A stretch of 64,000 nt of DNA from positions 62,001-126,000 of the forward strand of contig JAAOMT010000639.1 in NCBI GenBank assembly GCA_016748015.1. Direction: 5' to 3'. Shown here piece after piece: positions 1 through 11,521 of the stretch. A program made the position numbers and the translations under genes. Under the pieces are notes generated by a model. That model saw nothing but the letters and a program-made list of their open reading frames with translations, was not told where the DNA came from and made no database searches. Positions within the stretch are counted from its first letter, which is position 1. Each line of letters begins with the position of its first letter. The stretch is from Geosiphon pyriformis uo1. Taxonomy: Eukaryota > Fungi > Glomeromycota.

Positions 1-391
1 CCTTGACTTATTTCCTTATTTCATTTTCTTTTATTTTTCTTTTATTTTTTGTTGTTATTACTAACTCTATTAAAGAGGATTATCACACAGAGGTACTAAC
101 GTCAGAATATAGCACTAATAAAAAACCCAAAAATAAGGGTAGGATACTCGATTGAGGATAGCTTACCAGGAAAAATACTGGCCATCAAGCTGAGAAAGAA
201 ATTGACAAAACTGTGGTTTTGAGAAGCTACAAATAAAACTATTACTACTGAATCTTTGTCTATTATACAAAGAACTCAATCAAAACCTTCAGAGAAACAC
301 ATCTTCAGATTTCCAACATTAACAACAGCTTTGAGCACCAAGTTATGGGTTTTATTACTTACTCTAACATCCCAAGTAATCATTTGTAATA
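1..391 (+). repeat. 5' LTR of copy A (starts outside window)
   Basis: Similar to the D 3' LTR (37140-37561); ends TGTAATA immediately before TT-TGG. Confidence 0.85.
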
Positions 392-393
392 TT

Positions 394-410
394 TGGTGCT
401 CTCTATGAGG
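394..410 (+). promoter_or_regulatory. Primer binding site TGGTGCTCTCT(G/A)TGAGG, resembles complement of elongator tRNA-Met 3' end
   Basis: TGG 2 nt after the LTR end; same motif at 9328 and 10862. The complement CTCAC-AGAGAGC-A-CCA fits tRNA 3' geometry; tRNA identity is inferred. Confidence 0.8.
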
Positions 411-452
411 TATAATCTTACAGAAAACCAGCACCAACAACTCCATCCAAAA

Positions 453-3400
453 GTGGCAGAATCAGAAAACGTAAGAGCAAACCATCTAAGATTTACAAAA
501 TTATTATTTCAACACTACTGTTAACACTTGAGATTAATCCCAAATTACATATCAGCAGAATCAGTCTTTAACTTTTATGTCAATGAAAGAATTGTTTACT
601 TATTAGGAACAGCAACAAATACTGAATCAGCAAGAGAAACTTTTTACAACAAATTAATCCAAAACAGCAGCTTACCAACAAACTATAATTTCACATCCAT
701 CATTACTAAGATTAATAAAGAAATTAAACATCATACACAACAGAGATACCCAATTACCTACACAAGTAAAGGCAAAAGAAAACTACAAACATCAACAGTA
801 ATACCTAAAGGAATACAACCACCTACTTGAAAGAAACACAGAGTTGAATTACCTACTAATTCATCATATCATTATACTTCTGAAAGTGCTATCAATATTG
901 CATCAACAGGTGTGTCCACATCAAACATGACATCAACATTTGGATGATTTCCATTTCAAAATAAACAAAGGAAAAAAGACTTATTAAGACCATATAGCAC
1001 ATATTTTAAAGGATTTAAATCATGATTGCCAACACCATTAGGATTTCAATCATCACCACCTCAACCAGATTTTGGAACTGTGAGTCCTTAAGAAGTCACA
1101 AAATTGGAAGGAGAACAAGAAGAAAAGGAAGAAGAATCTGAGGATCAGAAATTTACTTACCAAAACCCGATTCCAGAAAACCCAGAATTTGGAATTTTGA
1201 ATGCTCAAACTCTGAAAAATCCAAATCAAGAAAATCTGGAAATTAAAACTCCGAATTTTCAAGCTCAGCCAAATCAGAATGATTGAAACCCCGAAGCAAT
1301 CAATTAGCTGAACTTACCTCCAAATATTATTATTGATCATCCACCCATTGATTCAATAGCACAACTACTACTACAGCAACTTATCCAGCAACTGATTCAA
1401 CAACTGCAACAACAGCTTCAATTACCAATACAATAACAGCAACCAATTGCACCAATGGCTTTTGTACCAATTGTAAAACTTGAGAAGTTCACCAACAAAG
1501 AGGATGACACCCAAGCATAGATTAATGATGTCGCCAAAGTCATCACCACAAATAATTGGGATGACACAAGAACAAGCAAGTCATCCTATATTTCTTAAAG
1601 GATACCACCAACTTATGATATTATAGCTTGGCCCAGAAACCCCAAAATTTTAATGCATTTAAAATAGAATTCCTAAGATATTTCAGTGATAATAACAGCA
1701 TCAACTGCCTGGCAAGTACTTTTACCACCATAAAACAAGGGGACACAGAAGCAGTTACCACTTACTTGGGACGTTTCCACAGAAATCTGTGTCAAATCCA
1801 AGCTATCTAAGCTGATTACTTTATAGCACCACAAATCTTAAATCAGAACATCAGAGGCTTATGCAGCAGCATCCTCCAATAAGTATATCCAATGTATCTG
1901 GTAGACCTTCCTACCATAGTTACTTATGCTAGAGATTTTGAAACTGCTGAGTTAAAAGCCAATCACGCCCAAGCTGTGAATTTAGTAATGAATGGATCAT
2001 CTGACTTGGATTCTAAACTAAAACAATTCAGTAATTCCATTAATTAGAAATTAGAGGGATATTTAGCTGACAATCACCCAATCTATCAACCTCTACAATG
2101 ACGCAGTAATTAAGAAAATGCCAATTGTTTCCAAAATCAGTCATGTCTTCCAATATCTTCCAATCAGTGGTGGCAGCAAGAAACGTGTGTCTGCCACAAC
2201 TGTGGTAAACAAGAACATTTTAGAGCTGACTGCTGAGTGTATAATAACCCATAATCAAAAAATCAATATCAAAACCCTGATTGTAGATTTCAAACTCTGA
2301 ATCATTATACCAATCAAGAGCAATATTAATCCATTTACTTATTAATGACACAGCAACCACTATATTAACCACTAGTGTATTAAGCTCTAATTTATCAACC
2401 ACAGCCACAAGCAATCTATCAGCTGCAGCCACTAATACTATATTAATTGCAAACCTCAACAATCTATTAACCTCAACAAATTCAAACACCACCACAAAAC
2501 TTATCTCAAAACAGAACCCAAAGATCAAGAATAACACAACAAAACTGGAGATTGACAATGGTAGTACATCAACTGATTTTCAGTTCATCAAATCAACCAT
2601 CAGAATCATGTCAGCAGAGTTCAAAAACCAGGTATAACCAAAACCCGAGTTCCCAGAACTACTTAAGTCTTCTGGTTACTCCAGAAAATACTGCATCCAA
2701 CGAACAAGAAACCAACCAGAAGCCACTTACCAGCAACATTCTACCAGCTGCCAGCACTGAGAACAAATTACTTGCTGCCATATTTCCATTTGAACTTGAG
2801 GAAATCACATCAGTTCCATTATTTAGTGGAGCCATTCTGGACACCAAACCAATAACCATAATGTATACTGATGCCAAAGTTGATGGTCAATATATCAAAC
2901 TGATCCTGAATAATGGATTAGCTGGCAGCATTATTACCAAACAACTCATAGATCAATTAGATCACTGAATTAACAAAGCTGCCAATGCAAAGATTATCAC
3001 AGCCAATAGAGCAACCAAAATTCCTATTGATGAGATTAACAACTTCCTTTTTGAAGTTAATGGCATTATAGTCCTTATCAAAGTTTTGGTAATGGAAGCC
3101 ACTCAATACCAAGCCCTAATTGGTAATGACTGGCTCACTAAAACAAACACCATACTTGATTAAACAATGCAAGAGCTTCAACTCAGCCAAAATGGTCAAC
3201 ATACATGTGTACCAGCCACGTGTGACCACTTTAAGATCATCAACATGCCAGCACTACTCATTGAATTTGAGAAAAAAGAGAAGAAACCAACTTGGGAAGT
3301 GTATCAAGTTTTCTGGGCCAATAATGACCACAACGAGCTGCCACCAATACTAGCATAGGATAACAACATGAAAAGAAAACAAAGAGAAAAGGAAAAGCAA

Positions 3401-6400
3401 AAGAAAAAGAATTATTACCAACCACTCTTTACATTTCTTATAACTACACAATATCACTACCAACTAACTATTGTCGGCCAAAGCTTATATGCATCAATTG
3501 CAGCAAAAAATTGTCATCAATAGGCACATGCTGTGGCAATGACAAGAAATACCATGTGGCAACCAAGTTTTATTGTTATCTGTGCATCATAGAATGGTTT
3601 AGATGACCAAAAAGGCAAGGGAAATGAGACAACAAATCCTGTCTGGCTTGTGGAAAAACACTACTTGACAAAGGAATATGGAACAACATTTCTGGTCAAG
3701 GAGGAACTTGTGATGAATTGTGTCAATACACAATTCTGATAAGTGACTGGGTTAGGAAAAAAACACCAATAGAAGCTGTCTGGAGAAGAGCTGTAAGATG
3801 TCTGGATGGTTGTCTACATAATGATGATGAAATATGGCAAAGAGTCATTGCCAAAATTAAGAGAACATTGCCTGAAGAGATCAGAGAAATCAAAAACAAC
3901 CCACCAGAACCTGTAGAACTTGACTGAGACAAAAAACCAGTCATAAATCTTCTAGAACTGGAGGAAATTCATGAACACTATCAAACTTTGGCACCTATAA
4001 AAGAAGAACAGGAAGAGCATTTAGTACAGCTAAACACTCAACTATGTAATCATTGTTTGATTCCATATGACTTTCAGTATTGTGACAAGTGTAACTTTAT
4101 CTACAATTTACCACCACGCATGATCTACACAATTTCAGAGGAAATCAAACCAATCAGCAGCTGTGCATTGAAATCAGAATCAATTTTCAATTCCAATTCA
4201 AACTCTGACAACAATGATAACAAAAACACCAGTTCTAGCTCCATTTAATATGGCAACAAAAATAACAGCAATTTGGACTTAGATTTAAACTCTGAAACAT
4301 TTATAGTGCTTCCTGATTTTACCAAAGAGCAAGAGCTAAAGTGGTTTAGTAACAATAATGAAGATATTATGCCAGAACGTGTGCATAATACTGATGCAGG
4401 GTTTGATCTGAGATATCCAGGAAAAAAAGCCATTAAATTGGAACCATATTCACACATCTACATAGATCTGAAAATTGCCATAAAAATACTAGCAACTACA
4501 ATGATTCAATTAGCTTTTAGAAGTAATTTAGTGAAAAAGGGAATCCACATCAGAGGAAGAATAATTGACGCAGGATATATAGAAAATATCATTGCTATGC
4601 TACAAAATGATTCAGAAAAGGCCTATGTAATAGAGCCAAATAAAAAAATAGTGCAGGCAATATTCCTGCCTCTGGTCAAAATAGCTCAGTTAGTGTTAGT
4701 GGGAAATAGGAAAAAATTAGGAATAACAGCAAAAGGGATACAGGGATTTGGATCAACAGATAGAGTAGAAATATCAGTTAATATGATAGAAGAAGAGATT
4801 ATTGACAAGAAAGAAATTATCTCCACCAGTCAACCAATTTCCATTCCACCATATAACCAGTATATGGTAGTCATAGAAAGGAAAGTAAAGAATCAGAACC
4901 AGATTTTTGAAGCAGAAGCAGCACATTGTAAATTAGGAGAAATTGGACTCATCTATCTTTACATACCAGCCAGAAATTATAGTTGCATCAAAATTCCCAT
5001 CTACAATAACACCAGAAAGGTTATAGAGATACCAGAAAGAACTATTATAAGACACTTAACTACTGAAATAGAGGACCAACCACCAAACCCTGTTCCAAAC
5101 TTTTTACAGCTTTGTGGTTATGTTGACATCACATTACAAACAATATATGGATAAAATAAATATTATTTGCTCCAACCAGAACGATTGGAACAAATAAACA
5201 TGAGGAATCTAGATCTACTCCAATGCATGCAGCTAAAGATGCTGCTCAACAAATTCAATAACATCTTTACCAATGAGAATAAATTTGGCAGAATTGATAT
5301 CATTTAGTATTAGATCAAAACTGGAGATGCTATGCCAATAAAATAATGAGCATACAGAGTACCACTTGCCAGCCATGAGATCATTCATTAAGAAATCAAC
5401 CAAATGTTCAACAACAGGCTAATTCAGTCATCAATAAGCCCATGGTCATCACTAGTAGTACTTGTTCAGAAAAAGAATGAGAAAATCCACTTTTGCGTGG
5501 ACTACAGAAAGCTTAATGAAGTTATGTGTGGAAACAACTATTCAACTCCACAGATTCAAGAACTATTCAATGCTTTTGGTAGAAACAAATGGTTCTCAAC
5601 ATTGGATTTAGATAGTGGTTATTGACAAGTAGCCATGGATTCAGTGGACAAAGAAAAGACCACATTCACAACACAAAAAAGAAATTTTGAATTCGAAGTG
5701 ATGCTATTTGGCTTAACAAATACACCAGCAACATTTCAACAGCTAATAGAAATAGTATATACTGGCTTATTGTGGAAATCAATAGTTGTTTATTTAAATA
5801 ACACCAATGTGTTCTCCAAAACATTCAATAATCATTTGCATCATCTACAACAAGTGTTTGAAAGGCTACAACAAGCAAAGCTAAAGTTAAATGCCAATAA
5901 GTGCTTCTTTGGCAAGACAAAATTGAACTTTTTAGGGCACATAGTAAGCAAAGATGACATCAAAACAGATCCAGAAAAGATAAAGATAGTCAAGAACTTT
6001 CCAGTTCCAATCAATGTGACAGAGTTAAAATTATTCTTGGAATTCACAGGCTATTATTGATGCTTTATCAAAAACTTTTCCAAAATAGCCCAGCCAATCA
6101 ATCATCTCCAAACCAAGAATGTGAAATATGAATAGACAGAAGCACAACAAAAAGCTTTTGATATTCTAAGAAAAAAGCTTATACAAGCTCCAGTACTAAT
6201 CTATCCAGATCACAACAAACCATTCATTATTACTACTGATGTATTAGACCAAGCATTAGAAGCAGTATTATTACAGAAAAGACCAGATGGAAGAAAACAT
6301 CCAATTGCATATGCCAGTTGAGGTTTAACTCCAGCTGAAAGAAATTATGAAACACCAGAATTAGAACACTTAGCAATTTATTGGGCAGTCATGAAATAGA

Positions 6401-6594
6401 GCAAATACTTGAGCCAGAAATTTGATGTATACACAGATCACAAGGGATTAACAGTATTTTATAAACAGGAATTTGGAGACAAAAGACAATCAAAATGGAA
6501 AATAGCATTATCACCATATACTTACACTATACATTATAAAAAGAAAAAAAACAATGGAAATGCTGATGGGTTGTCACAAATGAGACAAATCTGA
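453..6594 (+). pseudogene. gag-PR-Cys-rich-dUTPase-RT-RNaseH polyprotein of copy A
   Basis: ORF fragments 528-830, 1628-1810, 2552-2968, 3718-4248, 4273-5154, 5404-6060, 6409-6594; ends NADGLSQMRQI-stop. Confidence 0.9.
4273..5154 (+). pseudogene. dUTPase domain plus second degenerate dUTPase-like fold (copy A)
   Basis: Motifs HNTDAGFDL, RSNL, IIDAGY, KIVQAI, GIQGFGST, followed by IKIPIYNNTRKVIEIPERTII. Confidence 0.85.
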
Positions 6595-6624
6595 AAACAT
6601 TTCAACTCAAAAATATAACAAAAG

Positions 6625-7755
6625 ATAAATATACAAAAATACCAACAATTTCAACACTATATAAATACCCAATTGTTCAAGAAGAAATTATCTCAAAAGG
6701 AACAAAACAACATAAAACAACAATCAAAATATTTTATTAACCACTAAAATATACTTTACTAGAAAAACAAAAAAAATCCAGATCAATTAGCCAGAATAAT
6801 TACAGAGCCAAAGAAAGAGACAATATTATTTAACATACACTTAGATCCAACAGTAAGACATTTTCATAAAAAGGCAACTATAGAAAAAATTAGGAAAAAA
6901 TACTATTGGCCATCAATGTATCCAGACATTATCCAATATGTTCAAAATTGTAATACTTGTCAAAAAAGAGGAGAAACAAAATCCAGTAAACTATTAAGAC
7001 CAATCAAAGTGAGACAACCATTCAATTGCATTGGAATTGACTTAGTCAAATTATTAACAATCACCAGTAGAGACAACTGATATATTGCAGTAGCCATGAA
7101 CTATCTCACTAAATGGCCAAAAGCAAAAGCAATTCAAAAAGCAGATGCAGAATCTGTTGCCAAATTTGTTCATTAAGATTTGATTTGTTGATATGGATGC
7201 CCAAAAAAATTACTATCAGATCAAGGAACTTATTTTGTGAATAGAACATTAGCAGAATTAAGTCAGAGATTCGAAATTAAGAGACCATTATCATCACCAT
7301 ACCATCCACAAACCAATGGATTAGTCAAAAAATTCAACAGGACATTATGTGAAGCTATCACCAAGTTCAGCCAAGATGAATGAGATTTGTTTATATCATC
7401 AGTATTATTTGCTTATCAAACAATGAAACAAGATACTATACAAGAAATACTATTTGAATTAGTATATGGTAAAACAGCAATATTACCAGTAGAGATAGAA
7501 GTCAACATATATCCAACTGAACCAATAACAAAAGAAAATTTCCAAGAAACATTATTGAGAAGAACATATAATCTAATGGAAACTCTAGAGAACAAACAGC
7601 AAAGAACAGCTGATAACATACAAAAATTACAAGAGAAACAAAAAGAAAGACATAATAACCAACTTCCAGATAAACCAGTTGAATTCAAGATTGAAGAGAA
7701 AGTACTTTTATATTGTACCAAAGTGGAAAAACAATAGAGTGGAAAATTTAATCTG
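6625..7755 (+). pseudogene. Integrase ORF of copy A (separate from pol, truncated)
   Basis: HHCC remnant (YYWPSMY..CNTC), YLTKWP, SDQGT, YHPQTNGLV. Confidence 0.88.
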
Positions 7756-8078
7756 ATAATAACAACAATGATTTAAACTCCACTGACAATAACAACAATG
7801 ATTCAAACTCTGCTTCAAACACCAAACAATATATTACACTTCTAGATCTTACAATAGAGCAGGAATTAACTCAATTCAGTGATAATAATGAGGGCATTAT
7901 GGCTGAATGTGCACATAATATGAATACAAGATTTGAAATTAGATATCTTGAACAGACTCCTATAGTTTAAAAACACCATTCATGTACCAAAACAGATTTA
8001 AAAATAGCAATAGAAATTATAGCAACAACATAGAAACAAGAGAGAAAAATAGATGATTTTGCAGGAGCTCAATTTTAA
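7756..8078 (+). pseudogene. Rearranged fragment: dUTPase N-terminus fused to the 3' end of ORF3
   Basis: QYITLLDLT.EQEL..FSDNNEGIM.E.AHN, then EKIDDFAGAQF-stop before the PPT. Confidence 0.7.
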
Positions 8079-8092
8079 AAAGAGAGGGATAA

Positions 8093-9101
8093 TATTATCT
8101 GAGTAAAAAAACCAAAAAGCTATAGAAAAATGTAACAAAGAAATGTAACAAGAAAAACATGATACAACTCGAGGTAATACAGAACAAATGCGAACAATAG
8201 CTAACAATAACAAGTAATAGCTAGCAATAATAAGCAATAACTAGTAATAATGAGCAATAGCTAGCAATAACGAGCAATAGTTAGCAATAACAAGCAATAA
8301 TTAGCAATAACAAGCAATAGCTAGCAATAACGAGCAATAGCTAGCAATAATAAGCAATAGCTAGCAATAGTGAAACAATTAAAAGCAATCCTGTAGAACA
8401 AAAAGAATGTATAAAAACGAGTAGCTGTAGAAATTAAAAAGACATTCAGAGAGAAAATTAGACTTTTAGGAGTCAATTAGACTCTCAGAGTCAATTAGAC
8501 TTACAGACCATAATTATTAAATACTTCTCTTTTCAAGGATAGTTGCTATCAACCAAAATAGAATTATATTAATAAAATATCTCTTTAATTCTTTAAATCT
8601 ATGTTAATATTCACTACTTAATCTGTTGGCACAATAATTCTTGATCACAGCTATTGACAGGACACTTATTTTTTATTTTATTTTCTTTATTTCTTTATTT
8701 TCTTTTATTTTCTTTATTTTTTTTTTGTAGAATGACAACATAAAAAAATTGACTGTCTAAAAATAAATTTCATGATAGCCTGGTAAAAGAGGAAAGCTTT
8801 CTCTAAGTTTTTGAATATTAATGTTATCTTGATAGCTTACCAAAAGGGTGAAAAGATAATGCTGGACCCTAATAACTATGCTTGTTAGCTCAGAGAAGAA
8901 AGCTCACTATTATAAGAAGTTGCAATCAGTGAAAACCAATATTCTATGCCTTATAACCAAAGAATTCAATGGGTAAATTTTCATCCAGAAAAGACCTTTA
9001 GAGACTAATAAACATCAACCCTGTGAAAAACATACAACCTTACAATACTAAATTAGAGCACCAAACATTACCACTATACTCCACCAAGTTTACCTTTAAC
9101 A
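8093..9101 (+). repeat. Orphan 3' LTR (C-family) preceded by PPT AAAGAGAGGGATAA; inserted in the 5' LTR of D
   Basis: Homologous to 9936-10859 and 28109-28976; ends CCTTTAACA; 9102 onward matches the D 3' LTR. Confidence 0.8.
8195..8370 (+). repeat. Tandem array, ~8.8 copies of 20-bp CAATAGCTAGCAATAACGAG, in LTR U3
   Basis: Units read directly; they differ only by transitions. Confidence 0.95.
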
Positions 9102-9325
9102 CCACTATACTGAAGACAAAAATTAGAAAAACTACTTAAAAAATGTCACAAACATCAGCTGTTAAATTTCTGTTCATTATACAAAAAACTCAAACTAAAA
9201 TCTTCAGATCTATTAAAACTTTCAGATCCATCAAAATTTTCAGATATTACCAATTATATTAGCTATTGAGCACCAAGTTACAGGTTTGTTATTTGATTTG
9301 AGACTCCAAATAATCAACTATAACA
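9102..9325 (+). repeat. Remnant of D 5' LTR
   Basis: Matches 37357-37561; ends TATAACA before the PBS. Confidence 0.8.
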
Positions 9326-9327
9326 TT

Positions 9328-9344
9328 TGGTGCTTTCTATAAAG
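9328..9344 (+). promoter_or_regulatory. PBS of copy D
   Basis: TGGTGCTTTCTATAAAG, a transition-mutated version of the A and C PBS. Confidence 0.75.
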
Positions 9345-9388
9345 TATAATTCTACAGAAAACCAGCATTAACCAACCACCATTCAAAA

Positions 9389-9935
9389 GTGGCAGAATCA
9401 GAAAGAATAGGAACAAATCATTTAAAATTTGCAAAATTCTTATTTCAAAACTACTGCCAATATTTGGGATTAACCAACAATCACCTATCAGCTGAATCAG
9501 CCTTTAATTTCTATGTTAATGAAAGGATATTATATTTTCTAGAAGCACAAGTAGATACTAAATCAACAAAAGAAAATTTTTACAATAAACTAATTCAAAA
9601 CACCAGCCTACTAATAAATCATAATTTTACATCAATCATTACTAAAATTAATTGAGAAATTGAAAATCACACCCAACAAAATATCCAATTATTTACACCA
9701 ACAATGGCAAAAGAAAACTACAAACACCAGCAGCTACACTAAAAGAAATACAACTACCAACTTGGAAGAAACAAAGAGTTGAATCCCTAATCTATTTATT
9801 ATATTACCATACATCTGGAAGCACTATCAACATTTCATTAGCTGGTATGTTCACATCAAACATAAAAACACTATTAGCAATACTCTTGTTTCAAAGTAAA
9901 CAAAAAAAAGTAGAGTTGTTAGAAACCTATGGTGA
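9389..9935 (+). pseudogene. gag 5' part of copy D
   Basis: AESAFNFYVNERI motif homologous to copy A gag. Confidence 0.8.
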
Positions 9936-10389
9936 TGTTACCCAAGTAGAAAAACCAAAAAGCTATGGAAAAAACATGACAAAGAAATGTAACAAAAAAA
10001 ATGCAGTACAACTCGAGGTAATACAAAGCAAATGTGAACAATAGCTAGCAATAGTGAAGCAATTAAAAGCAATCCTGTAAAACCAAAAGAATGTATAAAA
10101 GCAAGTAGTTGTAAAAGTTGAAAAGACAATTAGTTAGCAATTAATTTTACTTTGTATTATATTTATTATATATCCATAGTCCGAAATACAATAAAATATC
10201 AAAAACCAAAAAGAAATCCAATTTACTACTTTATGTTTGCCAATATTACAGATTTCAATTAAAAATCAAAATCAGTATTTTCTACCTTTGTTTTAGAACA
10301 AATGCCATTAGCATAAATACCTCAAATCTTAACGATTTGGACCAATTGCTCTTGATCACAGTGATTGATGAAAACTAATTCTTTTTTTT

Positions 10390-10448
<59 letters not shown>

Positions 10449-10859
10449 CTTTATTTTTTTTTTCTTTCTTCTTTTGTTTGGAATGGTAACATAGAAAAAT
10501 TGACTGTCTTGGAATAAACTTTGTGATAGCCTGGTAAAAGAAGAAAGCTCTCTCTAAATTTTGGATATTAACATTATTTTGGTAGCTTACCAGAAGGGTG
10601 AAAAGACAACACCAGACTCTAATGACTGTGCTTGTTAGTGTAGAAAAAAAAACTTACAATTACAGAAAATGTTGCAATTGACAAAAGACAAACTCTGTGC
10701 CTTATAACCAAAGAACTCAACAGGTAAATTTACATCTAGGAATAGATCTTTAGAGACTGATAACACTGACACAGTGAAAAAAGCAGACAATCTTGAAAGA
10801 TAACCCAAAAATAGAGCACCAAACATTACTACCATATCCCATCAAGTTTACCTGTAACA
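9936..10859 (+). repeat. 5' LTR of C (with expanded poly-T ~10382-10480)
   Basis: TGTTACC...TGTAACA; near-identical to 28109-28976. Confidence 0.93.
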
Positions 10860-10861
10860 TT

Positions 10862-10878
10862 TGGTGCTTTCTGTGAAG
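10862..10878 (+). promoter_or_regulatory. PBS of copy C
   Basis: TGGTGCTTTCTGTGAAG 2 nt after the LTR end. Confidence 0.8.
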
Positions 10879-11081
10879 TTATAAATCTACAGAGACAGAG
10901 CACTCCAGAGATACACAAAAGTGGTGACTATTGAAACAATAGAAAAAGACCACTCCTTATATAGAAGAGCATTATTTCAATACTTTCGAAAAAATTTAGG
11001 AATATCAGCAGAAACCACCATCACAGAAAGTGATTTTTGTAACTATATCAATGCAAAAATCAACTGCTTGTTAAGCTGTGC

Positions 11082-11508
11082 TGTTACGGGATGGTTTTCT
11101 TGTTATATTTAATTGCTGATATCCCGCTTTAATTGCAATCAGTCTTTCGTGAGTTCCTCAATTCTATTTGTGTGATAATGTCACTGTTACACTGAAGGCT
11201 TTTTTTTTACTGTTGCGATATAAGTTATTCTTTAATTCTTGATTGTNNNNNNNNNNNNNNNNNNNNGTATATATACATGTTTGTAGTTCTACGAGAAAAT
11301 ACTTTCTTTTTGATATTTCAACCTGGTGTTTGCTGCTATCACCAGTTGGTGTTGGCTGCTATTGTGAACTGGTGCTTACCACTATTGCGAGATGGTGTTT
11401 GCTACTATGTTAATCATTACCTTTCTAAGATTATTACTGTGCTATATTATGATTGAATAGTTTGTATTATTTTTATGATTCTTTTTTCTAAATTCTTAAA
11501 CTGTAATA
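11082..11508 (-). repeat. 3' LTR of B (internal N gap); PPT AAAGGAGGGGATAA at 11509-11522
   Basis: Matches both ends of 19398-20263. Confidence 0.9.
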
Positions 11509-11521
11509 TTATCCCCTCCTT

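Larger units (their letters stand above)
1..7755 (+). mobile_element. Ty3/Gypsy LTR retrotransposon copy A (degenerate, 3'-truncated in integrase)
   Basis: LTR end TGTAATA at 385-391, then PBS. Gag capsid remnants (FNAFKIEFLRYFS), CCHC relic ~2190, protease, dUTPase (DAGFDL, GFGST), RT (FCVDYRKLN, FSTLDLDSGY), RNase H, integrase (YHPQTNG). Many premature stops. Confidence 0.93.

Noticed and set aside
8195-8370. CRISPR-like array
   Set aside because: Head-to-tail units with no spacers, inside an LTR, and no cas genes
10355-10381. Possible hammerhead ribozyme core (TTGATGA..AAAC) in LTR
   Set aside because: Core not conserved in sister LTRs (TTGACAGG) and no supporting stems seen
10382-10480. 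Long poly-T as a retroposed poly-A tail
   Set aside because: Same position as shorter T tracts in sister LTRs; homopolymer expansion
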